Assembly (NCBI RefSeq): GCF_001194135.2
Contig: NC_069003.1
Location: 26,595,106 to 26,659,105, forward strand
Source: Octopus bimaculoides
Lineage: Eukaryota
Direction: 5' to 3'
DNA length: 64,000 nt
A model generated the notes under the pieces. That model was not told where the DNA came from. It saw only the letters and a list, made by a program, of their open reading frames with translations, and did no database searches. Of this stretch, positions 25,974 through 38,645 are shown in pieces. Position 1 is the stretch's first letter. Each line of letters begins with the position of its first letter. The translations under genes and the position numbers were made by a program.

Positions 25974-26632
25974 GACACTGTTGCTTTATCAGGCTAAATC
26001 TAACTCTGCAATTGTCCCTACACCGATTTACAATGGAAAGACCCCTGTCTCTACATTCATTTAATCACTTGTAAACCCTCTCCTTTCCCTTTAATCAATC
26101 ATGAATCAAATTAATTTATTCTGTTTACAATTAATATCAGCAAAGTCTTTCCTCGCACATCTAACTGGATAGAAGAACGAGAGTAGAAAACAATGAAGGT
26201 AACTAGAGTACAAAGTAACAAGAGTACAGACCTCATGAACCAGGTATGGATTTACACATGTGTCCATTTTCCTCTGTTCGCATATGTTATTACCATATGT
26301 TACCCCTGTGCAGTCAATGTAGTGACATGTGTGACTAAACAGCCATACATGGGATTAATTCAAGCGAGACGAGACGGAATGAACAATTTGGTACAGCTGT
26401 TGGATGCTGATTATATAGAACGGCTGACTGGACATTTGGCTTGTTTCGGTGACGGTATTTTACTTTCTGGGGGTGGCTGTGTGCTAAGTAGCTTGCTTAC
26501 CAGCCACATGGTTCCGGGTTCAGTCCCACTGCGTGGCAGCTTGGGCAAGTGTTTTCTACTATAGCTTCAGGCTGACCAAAGCCTTGTGAGTGGATTTGGT
26601 AGACGGAAACTGAAAGAAGCCCGTCGTATATA

Positions 26633-26724
<92 letters not shown>

Positions 26725-27163
26725 TATATACATATATACATATATATATACATATATATATACATATATATATACATATATATATACATATATATATACA
26801 CACACACACACATATATATATACACACACACACACATATATATATATAAAAATTATGGCAAACATTAATATATTCAAGGTTATATTATCATGTCATTATT
26901 TTTTATTATAATGTAAAAACCAGCTTAATTTATGTGTGTGTGTGTGTGTGTGTGTGCACTTGCCATGCTTATAGTTATAGGCTAAAAACTAGTGTTTTTA
27001 GACTGTAAACATTAAAAGGACACACACACACACACACACACGCAGTTGTCCAAATAGATATATGTATGTGTGTGTGAACTATATACAACAGAAATCTGTT
27101 ACAATAGATTCAACTTGTCTGACACTTTTTAACTACAATCGAATATAAATACACACACACACA

Positions 27164-27204
<41 letters not shown>

Positions 27205-27559
27205 TTATTGCATAACGTCTTAATAAAACAAAAATCACTTTAATAAAACATGCTCATGTAATCCTTTCCCATTTAACCCACTTTCCATATGTTTGAATAT
27301 TTGCTTATAAATTCTATTTCATTGTTGACCCGAGTCAAACTGTAACTTTGATCAATTGTTTAGTCGAGCAACTGTTTCTGTTTCGGATTTTCTGGTTTTC
27401 ATAAACTGACGCCAAACTCAATTTAGATTTTATTGTTATTATTATTATTACAAAGGCGGTGAGCTGGCATAGTTGTTAGCACACCAAGCGAAATGCTTAG
27501 CAGTATTTCATCCATTTTTACATTCAGAGTACAAATCCACTACAAGGGTCAGTCCTTGT

Positions 27560-27870
27560 TGCAGTGTGGTGGCTCATATGTATCAATGGCCTTGAGACCT
27601 AAGCTAGGGCCTCCCATACTGGACAGGTAAAAGGAGAGAGGCCAGACTATTATGGAGCACCTCTTCCCCAGCGGTAAAAATGGGCTTGCATAGAGCAATG
27701 ACCCCTACCTAGAACAAAAAAAAAAAAAAAATTACAGGAGCTTCGATGACAATTCAAAACCAACAGGACCTGGGAGAGGAAGGCCTTTTCCCAAGGAAGA
27801 CAGCCCAGGGTTGAGAACAGTGGAGACAAGTCATTAATGGCCTATACTCCATAGGGAGTAAAGGGCTCAA
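27560..27870 (+). mobile_element. Internally deleted RTE-derived element
   Basis: Ends KTAQG*EQWRQVINGLYSIGSKG, matching the RTE C-terminal AQDRxxWRxxVxGLCS pattern. Confidence 0.45.
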
Positions 27871-27987
27871 CCCTTTAGCATTCAGATTATTCTGTTAAAT
27901 GTAATACTTATTTATTCATATTGTTTTCAATTAAGCATGCATTATCTTGTAGCTTTGAGATTTCAATGATGTAACTGTTTACTTTCA

Positions 27988-28924
27988 TCATCATTCTCAT
28001 CATTTAGTGTCCACTTTCCATACTGGCATGGGTTAGACCATTTCACTGGAACTGGTAAGTCAGGGACCTGCACCAGACTCCAGTCTGTTTTGGCATGGTT
28101 TCTATGGCTAGATATCACTCCTAATGCCAACCACTACAGAGAGTGCGCTGGGTGTCTTGTTGAAGTGTCACTGACATCAGTGCATTCACCAGCATGGGTG
28201 CTTTTTACATGTCCCTGGCACAGGTGCCTTTTATGTGTCACTGACACAGGTGCCTCCAGTGTGTCATCGGCACGGGTGCCCTTTACGCGTCACTGACACA
28301 AGTGCCTTTTATGTGTCACCAACACTGGCCACAACAACGATTTCACTTAGCTTGTCGTCTCTTCTCAAGTACAGCAAATTGTCAAAAGTCTTGGTTACTT
28401 GTCATTGCCTCCGTGGGACTCAACATTCTCTTTTACTCTTTTATTTGTTTCAGTCATTTGACTGCGGCCATGCTGGAGCACCGCCTTTAGTCGAGAAAAT
28501 CGACCCGAGGACTTATTCTTTGTAAGCCTAGTACTTATTCTATCGGTCTCTTTTGCCAAACCGCTAAGTTACGGGGACGTAAACACACCAGCATTGGTTG
28601 TCAAGCGATTTTGGGGGGACAAACATATATATATACATATATACGATGTGCTTCTTTCAGTTTCTGCCTACCGAATCCACTCACAAGGCTTTGGTTGGCC
28701 CGAGGCTATAGTAGAAGACACTTGCCCAAGGTGCTACGCAATGGGACTGAACCCATAACCATGTGGTTGGTAAGCAAGCTACTTACCACACAGCCACCCC
28801 TACACCTATTCAAAGATAATATTTCACCACCTTGCACCATGTCTTCCTGGGTCTACCTCTTCTCCAGGTTCCCTCCACAGTTAGAGATTGGCACTTCTTT
28901 AGACAGATGCCCTCGTCCATACAC
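27988..28924 (-). mobile_element. 5'-truncated RTE LINE end with 7-bp TSD, interrupted by a SINE
   Basis: MDEGICLKKCQSLTVEGTWRRGRPRKTW; same 3' UTR family as 55866-56260; ACTTTCA flanks it at 27981-87 and 28925-31. Confidence 0.7.
28428..28800 (-). mobile_element. SINE A, full length, nested in the RTE fragment
   Basis: Head to tail match. Confidence 0.8.
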
Positions 28925-29357
28925 ACTTTCAGAATGACATTATACGACAGGTGTGAGAGGCTGAAGCTGGTCAGTTTGAACACAAAACAGGAAGAATATT
29001 TGGGCCAGATATGGCTGGTTCAAACACTAAAGGGATAAGAAAGTAAGTCAGTATGGTTATAAATACAAACCCTGCTTGCTACAACAACCAATGGTGCCAC
29101 CCTATTCGTCTCAGTCTTCCTGGATCACATAAAAACTGATATTGAAATGTAAACAATTACACAAACTCAAACTTAATACACACCATTTCGTTTAATATCA
29201 CTCAACAAGGTACTGTGCAACAATATGACCTCCACTAAAGAAGGCATTCAGAATACCTGGATCACACTAGCAAGTATTCACACCGCTGCTTCTCCCCTCT
29301 TCTCTCTCTCCCTCTCTCATTCCATCCTTGTCCACATTTTTTTTTGCAAACACTGAC

Positions 29358-29403
29358 CTACAGATATTCAGACTGGGCTATCAATTGTTTCATTTTCATC
29401 AAG
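29358..29403 (-). other. Candidate 46-nt stop-containing exon (LDENETIDSPV*)
   Basis: Poly-T plus CTCCCCCTCAG| acceptor and TAG|GTCAGT donor; in-frame TGA. Confidence 0.3.
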
Positions 29404-29417
29404 CTGAGGGGGAGAAA

Positions 29418-29452
<35 letters not shown>

Positions 29453-29472
29453 GCAAAGTCATGGACACTGAC

Positions 29473-29499
29473 CTCCTCTTCCTCCTTTTCTAACCATGA
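29473..29499 (-). other. Candidate 27-nt microexon (SWLEKEEEE)
   Basis: TACTGAC branch-point-like motif, ~95-nt AG-free pyrimidine tract, TAAG| acceptor, GAG|GTCAGT donor; phase 0-0. Confidence 0.35.
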
Positions 29500-30000
29500 C
29501 TTACAGGGAGTTGTGAGAGAAAGAGAGAATAAAAATAAAACAATCCATAAAAATAAGGTCAGTACAAAAAGAGCATAAAAAAAAAACAACCCAAACTTAA
29601 AAAAACAAAACAAAACAGGTGAATATTTTCAGGTAACATCTCCACGGTATAAGAGCCAGGCCTCAGAAATGTGTAATTTAATTAACGAAAGTGGTCTGAC
29701 AAGGCAAGAAATAGCTGATGCCAAAATATTTACATTTTCTTTCGTCAAGAAGCTGTACTAGTTAGTCGAGAACAGATCCTATTTAAAGGTAGTTTTAACT
29801 GAGCTAATGGCAACATGGAGTTATTTACATTTCCCAGGAATCCATTAATTATAATAGATTCAACTTGTCTGACATCTTTATAACTTTCCACTGCATATTT
29901 ACATGAACCTTAAACACAATATCACATCTCAGCAAATTGATCAAACAGACATGTATGGTTTAAATATCGAGTTGACAACGTTATGGTGGTAGCTCTACTG

Positions 30001-30545
30001 AAGACTCTGGGTCACAGTGCCACCACTGAAAGCAGTGAATTACACTGGCACTGCAGAAAACTTTGGGTCATAGTGGCACCCACTGAAAACATTGGGTTAC
30101 AGTGAGACCTGCTATTGGGTCACAATGGCACTCACTAAAGACACTGGGTCACAGTGGCACCTACTAGAGACACTGTGTCGCAGTGACACTCACTAAAGAC
30201 ACTGGGTCATAGTGGCACCTACTAAAAACATTGGGTCACAATGGCACTCACTAAAATACATTGAGTCGCAATGGCACCCACTAAAGACACTGGGTTACAG
30301 TGGTACCCACTGAAGACATTCGGTTGCAGTGGCACAGACACTGGGTCACAGTGGCACTCATTAAAGACACTGGGTTGCAGTGACACCCACTAAAGACACT
30401 GGGTTGCAGTGGCACCACTAAAGACACTGAGGCGCAGTGACACCCACTAAAGACACTGGGTTGCAGTGGCACCCACTGAAGACACTGGTTCACACTGGCA
30501 CCTACTAAAAACATTGGGTCATAATGGCACCCACTGGGTCACAGT
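30001..30545. repeat. 29-bp minisatellite, ~19 diverged copies
   Basis: Consensus approximately GGCACYCACTAAAGACACTGGGTYRCAGT; period 29 measured (30128 to 30157). Confidence 0.9.
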
Positions 30546-32423
30546 AGGTGCCATTCCTCCCACAGTGGGAGGAATCAACATAAGCTTAAGTAATAAAGTA
30601 CAACAAGGGAACCGCAATAGGTGAACTGGGATACAGCGAGGGATTACTGCAGTTCTAGCTACACTGTGTCTGTATGAAAGATGAAATGATCAACATTACA
30701 CATCATAGATGTGTTAGATCAGCACTGACCTAGGGTTAAACATCATTACAATAGTGGACAAGTGAAAAGGTCTTTTGGACTATGATTGACCTGGGGTTAA
30801 ACAACATTAAAACTGTAATGCTGGGGAATAAAAGAGAGGTTTTGACATTCATGCCTTTCTAAGAAGTTATAGTAGCACAAATGAATTACTTCCAATGTGG
30901 AGGGAACTGAATTTCCAGGAATGGAAACTTTTGGGAACTTTCTGTAATACAATGACGAGAGATACTTTGGATAATAATCAATAAAAGATGAGAGGTACTA
31001 TTGATATAGTGAATAGAAAACTGATGGTACTATGGTTATAATTTTTATAAAAAGGGCTTGTTATATGAGCAGCTAGAAATAGCAACCAAATCGTCCACAA
31101 ATCATACTTAGATATGTACACAATCAGAGAAAAAAAAACAACAGCGAAAAACTCAAAACCCTCCCCCACCAGGTGATTGTCACATCTGGATCAGAGTTGA
31201 CCAAATATATCATGCTGGGAAGTTGTTAAACAAGTAGCAACAGTGATATGACAACTGAAAGAAAGAAGCACAAGCTAGTTGTTACCAAACACAGACATAC
31301 CATGTGAGGCTGCGGTGGTTTAAACAAGTAGAAGTATAGATCTATATGATGTGATGTGATGTGATGCAACTGAGGTGATGTGATGCAACTGAGGTGATGT
31401 GATGTAACTGTGGCAGCTGAAAGATGGAAGTACAAGACATACCATGTGAAGCAGTGGTTCGCTAGCTTAGTTGTTACCATAGATAGGTGTACAGGCAGAA
31501 ACCTTGTGGGGAGGCAGTGGTTAAACCAAACAGCACACTATGAAGAACAGTACGCGATATAAAGTGACAGTTGAAAAATATAGGTACATTCTAGTTGTTA
31601 CCATCAACTAGCATTTAGTATTTGTAAAGCAGTAATTGTAGAGTTACTGAATTACTGTTGCTGAGTGACTAATTGTAACGGTAAAATTAAGGGGGAGTTC
31701 AGAGTGGGATAGGGGTGGGGGAAATAGAAATAGACAGGCAGGCAGAAGTTGAGGAAGAATAGTGATAAAGCTTTTAGATTGTAAATTGAAGGAAAAAAAG
31801 TGAAAGTAATCTTTAATTATAGAGGTTAAAAGCTAGAGTCTTGGATGAATGTTTAGACAAAACAAAACACACGTGTAATTATGTAATTAATACGTTGGAC
31901 ACCTTGGTTATAATTTTGACGAGGAATGAGAACAGGAAGGATACAAAATGAAGAGAAATAAACAAGGAGAAAGAGTGTATTTCATATGAAAACTTCTCAG
32001 ATTTGTCAAAGATTAAACAAAAAAAAAAAACAGGAAACAAAGAAACAGAGAAAAAGTACAAAAACGAATTTCAGCCAATTATAAATACTAAAGATTACTG
32101 GACGTTGTCCACATATCGAGAACGACTGGTGGTGGTGGTGGGGGGAGTGTTTTCAGTTGTTAGGGTGGTTTAATAACAAACTGAAGAGTTGGACAAACAA
32201 AAGAAACTGGTATGGCCCCCACAAAAATATGGACTTTTAAGAATATGGAAAATTGTTTACAGTAACTGAATAAAGACCATATAAGGGGTTACTGTAAACA
32301 ATTTTCCATATTCTGTTGTTGTTGTTGTTGCCACTGCCTACTATGCTACTTGGGTTTTGTGTACCCCCTGTCAGCTGGTAACCCATTGACCCAGTACAAA
32401 TTTCAACTGCATAATATAATTTC

Positions 32424-32652
32424 TTATTTCATTATTGCCCACAAGGGGCTAAACATAGAGGGGACAAACAAGGACACACAAAGGGTTTAAGTCGATTACA
32501 TCGACCCCAGGGCGTAACTGGTACTTAATTTATCGACCTCGAAAGAATGAAAGGCAAAGTCGACCTTGGCGGAATTTGAACCCAGAACGTAACGACAGAC
32601 GAAATACCGCTAAGCATTTCGCTCGGTGTGCTAATGATTCTGCCAGCTCCCC
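32424..32652 (-). mobile_element. SINE B, full length
   Basis: Head to tail match. Confidence 0.8.
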
Positions 32653-32807
32653 ACATAATATAATTTCTATCTACGCACACACACACACACAAACAACAAA
32701 CAAATGAATGTATGAAAGGAGAATTCTTTGCCGAGAAATTATCACACAGTCAATGCCATTCACTTCTGCGCGTTCAGGAACCTGTCAAAAATAATATGCA
32801 CATCTTT

Positions 32808-32838
<31 letters not shown>

Positions 32839-34075
32839 TGTGAGCATACACACGAGGCATTGGAGAAGCTGTAATCTACTGTAAATATTTCCTGCAGACT
32901 AACACACTGGGATGAAATGCAATGCAAAAGCCAACTGGCAGGATTTGAACTTGGTTGTTAATCTATGAAATTAATTACTGCTTAGTGTGTTACTATCTGT
33001 GCAAATCCTAACAGACCTGATAATATCGCAATAAATTGTATTAACTAAAAATGGTTTCAAATTTTGGCACAAAGCCAGTAATTTTTGAGAGGATGGGGGG
33101 CTAGCTGCATGAATACATATTATATGATTTAAGCCTACATGTTTTAGAAATAACTAAGGATTGAAGTTAAAGTTTCATATTATATATTTTGAGAGGATTA
33201 AGAAAGTTTGTTGATTAGCTATCATTAGATATGCTCACGTTCAAGCCAAATATTGCGAGAAGCTAGGCAATCCTATAAATTTTTCCCCAGCACTGCTAGT
33301 TGTAACAGCTAAATGGCAATCATGAGAACTCTCATTATTGCCACACTGAATGAAGGCTGCACCTTCATAACAACACCGGAGGCCTGTTGAGGTCTCCAAG
33401 CACATGAAAGGAACTGACCCTAGAATTATCTAACCCCACTATTTTTTTCTTTTACAAACCTGAGCCTGCTAGCCCATAGCTATAGTAAAAGACGCTTGCC
33501 CAAGGTGCCACCTGATGGGATTGAACTTGGAACCATGTGGTTGGGAAGCAAACTGCTTACCATGCAGCCACATCAACAACTACTACTGCCACCATAGTGC
33601 AAGAGATAGTACATGAACTATTTATTGACCAGTAAGCTAGTAGTAGAAGTTGGTATGTCAACTGGGCCATGGTTGACTTCACAAAGGACAATTAGCTGAA
33701 GAAGGTGAGGTTACACAAAACAGTCAGCTGATCTATGCACACACACACAAACAGAATTGTTACCCCTGCCCTACTCTACCTAGTAACATAAAATAGTTGC
33801 TAAAATTTGTAAAGATAGAGCTTGTCTAATGGATGAAAAAAAAAATGATCTAATAGAAATGAAAGTATTTCAAAATAAAAATTGAAGATAAAAACAACTT
33901 CAAATGATAAAAAAAAATCCCCAAACAAAAATGTAGATAATGAGTTTAATGATAAAACATTATTAACTAAAATGTATGGAATTGCAAGAAAAGAGAGAGA
34001 GAGAGAGAAATACAAAGAAAGCATATACAACAGAAGAACTATAGAATTAGTAGTGACAACAACATTCCACTCACT

Positions 34076-34275
34076 AAGGCGGTGAGCTGGCAGAAATGTT
34101 AGCACGCCGGGCTAAATGCTTTACGTTCTGAGTTCAAATTCCGCTGAGGTCGACTTTGCCTTTCATCCTTTCGGGGTCGATAACTTAAGCAACAGTTGCA
34201 TACTGGGGTCGATCTAATCGACTCGCCCCCCCACCCCCACCCTCCCCCAAAATTTCGGGCCTTGTGCCTACAGTA
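34076..34275 (+). mobile_element. SINE B (rare plus-strand copy)
   Basis: AAGGCGGTGAGCTGGCAGAAATG..GAGTTCAAATTCC..GCCTTTCATCC. Confidence 0.8.
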
Positions 34276-34668
34276 GAAAAGAATATTCTGCTCACTGTGG
34301 GGTTCTTTCATAATAAAACAATCCACTTTGTTTCCCTATCACTCTGCTCTTCTATATTTCAAAGTGTCCTAAAAAGAAATAAGAGCCAGGCTCTCTCCCT
34401 CTATCTCATGCAACCAACACAAGTGTACACACACACATATATATATATAGTAATGTTTATATGCCAACAGAATGCGGTAGTACTATATACTATCCGGCAT
34501 TGTTCCTGTATATCCCTCACTCAGAGATTTAAAACAAGTTATATAAATATACACACGGAGAGAAACACAAATACGCAAATGTACCAAGCCATGAACTGTG
34601 TCAGCGAAGCAGGATGCAGTTAGTACAATGGAAATTTTGACACCAAATAACAAATGTCTTATTGAAAA

Positions 34669-34875
34669 CTGCTGTGTCTATCTGGTCACTGCATGCACCA
34701 CTCTGAACTGGCAGCTTCCAAATTAGTCTCGTGGAACCCACTTTATGGTGAGGTAAGAAGAGGGAAATATCATCACACTTCTATCAACAACTTGATCGCA
34801 GAAGCTGGCCTGGAATGTATCGAAGACCTCAAGGTAGTGATGTTGGACCGGGAAGTGTAGTGGGTGGACATTGTT
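34669..34875 (+). mobile_element. RTE-type LINE 3' fragment
   Basis: LCLSGHCMHHSELAASKLVSWNPLYGEVRRG..SINNLIAEAGLECIEDLKVVMLDREV*W. Confidence 0.6.
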
Positions 34876-34996
34876 GTTGTGGCCTAGATTGGAACCCGGT
34901 CATGATAAATAATAATCAGTGGAAGTTGACAGACTTCATGTGGTTTTTAATAGCTAAAACGTGTCTTCGACATTATTCTTATTTTAGTTTCAATAT

Positions 34997-35399
34997 GGCG
35001 TAGGAGTTGCTGTGTGGTAAGTAGCTTGCTTACCAACCACATGGTTCCGAGTTCAGTCCCACTGCGTGGCACCTTCAGCAAGTGTCTTCTACTATAGTCT
35101 CGGGTCGACCAAAGCCTTGTGAGTGGATTTGGTAGATGGAAACTGAAAGAAGCCCGTCGTATATATGTATGTGTATATGTTTGTGTGTCTGTGTTTCTCC
35201 CCCCTCCCCAACATCGCTTGACAACCGATGCTGGTGTGTTTACGTCCCCGTAACTTAGCAGTTCAGTAAAAGAGACCGATAGAATAAGTACTAGGCTTAC
35301 AAAGAATAAGTCCTGGGGTCGATTAGCTCGACTAAAAGGTGGTGCTCCAGCATGGCCAAAGTCAAATGACTAAAACAAGTAAAAGAGTAAAAGAGAAAG
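34997..35399 (+). mobile_element. SINE A, full length
   Basis: Head to tail match. Confidence 0.8.
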
Positions 35400-35460
35400 A
35401 GTATGTGTTGTCAGGACAAATCGCTTGCCTGGCAATTAGATCTCCAAATTAATAAAAATG

Positions 35461-35494
<34 letters not shown>

Positions 35495-36102
35495 CAATGT
35501 GAATGCATCTATGACGCAGTCCTCTAGATACAGAAGAACTTCCAACTAGGGCCAATCAAGGAACCTCACAGATTCACAATCACTCTGTCCATCAAGGGCA
35601 CAAGCCCTCACATAGCTGATATCCTCCAATCTGCAGGTGCATGTTCAGAGTAAAACCATTTTTGTCACAGTCATCTTCCGACAAATTCACTGGGAGAGGC
35701 ATTTAAAAATAGTTTTAAAAAAATGAACAAAAACACAGTCCGTAAATAGACTGTATATAATTTGATAAGTCAACACTAATGCATCTGGTATTGCTGAACT
35801 CATATAACAAGTTGGGTTAATATAAATATTTACAGATGTATCCAACCTATACCATAACATAGCATGGTGCAGTGGTTGTGAGTTCAATTCCCAGACCGAG
35901 CTGTGTGTTGTGTTCTTGAGCAAGACACTTTATTTCATACTGCTCCAGTTCACTCAGCTCTAAAAATGAGTTGCAGTGTCACTGGCACCAAACTGTATCG
36001 ACTTTTGTCTTTTCTTTGGACAACATTGGTGGCGTGGAAGAAGATAGACTGGTATCCATGGGCAACTGCTGGTTTTCTTCCACAAAACAGCCTTTTATTT
36101 TC

Positions 36103-36313
36103 TACTCTAGGCACAAGGCTCGAAATTTTGGGGGAGGGGGAGGTGGCAGTCGATTAGGTCGACCCAGTACATAACTGGTACTTAATTTATCAACCCCGAA
36201 AGGATGAAAGGCAAAGTCAACCTCGGCGGAATTTGAACTCAGAACATAAAGATAGATGAAATACCGCTAAGCATTTCACCCAGCGTGCTAACGTTTCTGC
36301 CAGTTCACCACCT
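36103..36313 (-). mobile_element. SINE B
   Basis: Head to tail match. Confidence 0.8.
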
Positions 36314-37094
36314 TGCCCAGACTTGTGCCTCGGAGGGGGTACTTTCTAAGTATAATCCCATGGTCATTTGTAACCAAAAGGGTTCTTACCCATTACCATC
36401 TCATTTACAAACTCAGCTTTCCTCACACTAAACCCTTTTATTTTACTCTTTATTAGTTTACATTTTTACTTCTTTGACATTCTGAATACTGCTGTTATCC
36501 CCACTTCCATTTGTCTCACTTTTAGCCCCCCCCCCNNNNNNNNNNGTCCCAATCCTTCTCCTATAATCCCACTGAAACTTTGTTCTGATTTGCATATTGC
36601 CTCCAATCACAGATCCATGCCAATCTCAAATCTCATCAATATCCCAGTGACTATCTCTGATCGACCTACAACCTCCCTTGCTTCTGTAACTTTCATGGCC
36701 ATTTTAACTATATAACTGTCCTTTTTAGTACATTGCAGAAATATCTACACACGTTTAGAAAAAAACAAAAAAAACCCTGTAAGAAGTTGCTCCAGCATTG
36801 GCACAAGCCAATGACTGAAACAAAAGACACACACACACACACATTAATTATTAATTCACTAAGTGGCATATTTCAATGATTTTTAAATGTCAGACAAAGT
36901 GTCTCTTGTGTTTTACTCACTGCTGTGATTTTTTCTTTTCTATATATAATGGAAAACACACTTGGAGAGACATAAAGAAAAAAACAAAAAAGCTATTATC
37001 TCCTTTATTGTCCATGGACAGAATAATAAACAGACTTATGTTTACAATTGCTTAGTGTGTGATCACTGCACATAAATCCCAGAGATGGCTAGAA

Positions 37095-37250
37095 CAAGAT
37101 TTATAAGATATATACAGAAACGACATCCTAACCATCTGTACAGGAGTCAATGGGCACACACTAGATAGACTTACAAAGGACCTTGTTAAGACCCTAGGCT
37201 CAATGGGACTCAAGATCATAACCACACAACCTTCATAAACCATTAATCCC
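37095..37250 (+). mobile_element. Penelope-like reverse transcriptase fragment
   Basis: DIYRNDILTICTGVNGHTLDRLTKDLVKTLGSMGLKII resembles the PLE motif LYRDDGL..NG..DR.RK..F..GLKI. Confidence 0.5.
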
Positions 37251-37407
37251 CACTGCCATAAGCTTGATGGCAATGAGTGATAGTCAGTTTAATCATTGGT
37301 GATTAAATCATAAAGCTGGCCTCCAAGAGGAGCGAAACTTAGGACACAGAAAGTAAATACTGAAACACATTGCAACCAGCATTCTACTATTTCATCCCCT
37401 TCTACAC

Positions 37408-37716
37408 CAGTGGTTCTCAAAGTGGGCAGTATTGCTTCCCTGGGTGCGGTAGAAAGTTCCAAGGGGGCGTTGAAGAAAAGTGGGGTGATAATGGGGTAGT
37501 GATTCATGTAAAAAGTGGGGGCAATAAGGAGGCGATTAATGTAAAAAAAACAAAATAATGGCTTCGTTAGGTTAGGTTTTCTTTGTGAAATACAGTTGCT
37601 TCAAATCTGCTTCAGAAAGAAGTCAATGTTTGTGAGGGTTAGTTGGGGTGGGGGCACTAGGAATGTGGCCTGGGTGTCAAGGGGCAGCAGCCCAAAAAAC
37701 AGTTTGGGAACCACTG
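37408..37716. mobile_element. hAT (Charlie-like) non-autonomous element
   Basis: TIRs CAGTGGTTCTCAAAGTG / CAGTTTGGGAACCACTG; decayed 8-bp TSD TTCTACAC / CTTTACAT. Confidence 0.7.
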
Positions 37717-38645
37717 CTTTACATCATCTTTGTTGTATCGACGCCCCCAGGCGAAGAAGTAGGATCTCCCAAGACATATAAATAGAGGTAGTTTGGCCAT
37801 GGTAGGAGTGTCGAGTAGCAGTTGTGTAGCGGTTGAGTAGAGATCATCCGAAGGTGCCAGATAGCAGTAGCTTGAGACATAACAATCTTAAAGAATTAAT
37901 ATTAAATAAAGCATGGAGAGTAGTGCCAAAAGCAAAAAAACAAACAAAAAACAAAAAAGAAAATCTAGAAAAGTCTATTTGAAATTAGAAGTTATTAATC
38001 TATCTCAATTTGGATTCCAAAATCATTAGTAATTAAGGATAAACTGTAATTAGTGAGAAATGGAAGCAGCAACAGAGATAGAATTACAGACCCTCTCTAT
38101 CTCTTTCTATCACACACACAAGCGTACAAACACTTGTATATGTACAATGTGTATGTGTGTGTATATATGCATGTATGTATGTGTGTCTATGTATATATAT
38201 ATATATATATATATACATACATGCACACACGTTATGAGAAACACTTCAACATCTGGTCCCCTAGGTTAAACAAGGTCAAACTGATAGCACTTTTTTCTCC
38301 ATATATTTCATGTTATTTACTTGGGATAAAAATCTAGTCTGTACCGATTCCATTTAGCCGTGACACATGAACAGTGAACAGGGGCAGTACCAATATATTT
38401 CACTTGACAAGCTAGAATATATTTCAGAGAGTAGACATGATAAAGAAAGACAGAAAGAAAGAGAGAAAGGAAAGAAGATAAGGAAACATGGCAAGACTGT
38501 GTGGGTTACAAATGTCAACATTTAATGTTGCTTTCACAGAAAATTGTTCAGGGTCTATTAGAGAATACACAATGGGTGACTTGGGTATGAAGTGGCGGGG
38601 NNNNNNNNNNNNNNNNAAAAAAAAAAAAAAAAAAAAAAAACTTCA

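Larger units (their letters stand above)
27871..29034. mobile_element. piggyBac-like MITE split by nested insertions
   Basis: CCCTTTAGCATT...CACTAAAGGG termini with decayed TTAA flanks; related pieces at 19540-19590, 21795-21850, 24400-24538 and 51660-51760. Confidence 0.55.

Noticed and set aside
30001-30545. Minisatellite as a CRISPR array or RAG/Transib signal array (CACAGTG, CACAATG present)
   Set aside because: There are no unique spacers or cas genes in this eukaryotic intron, no nonamer at 12/23 spacing, and the heptamers are a by-product of the unit.
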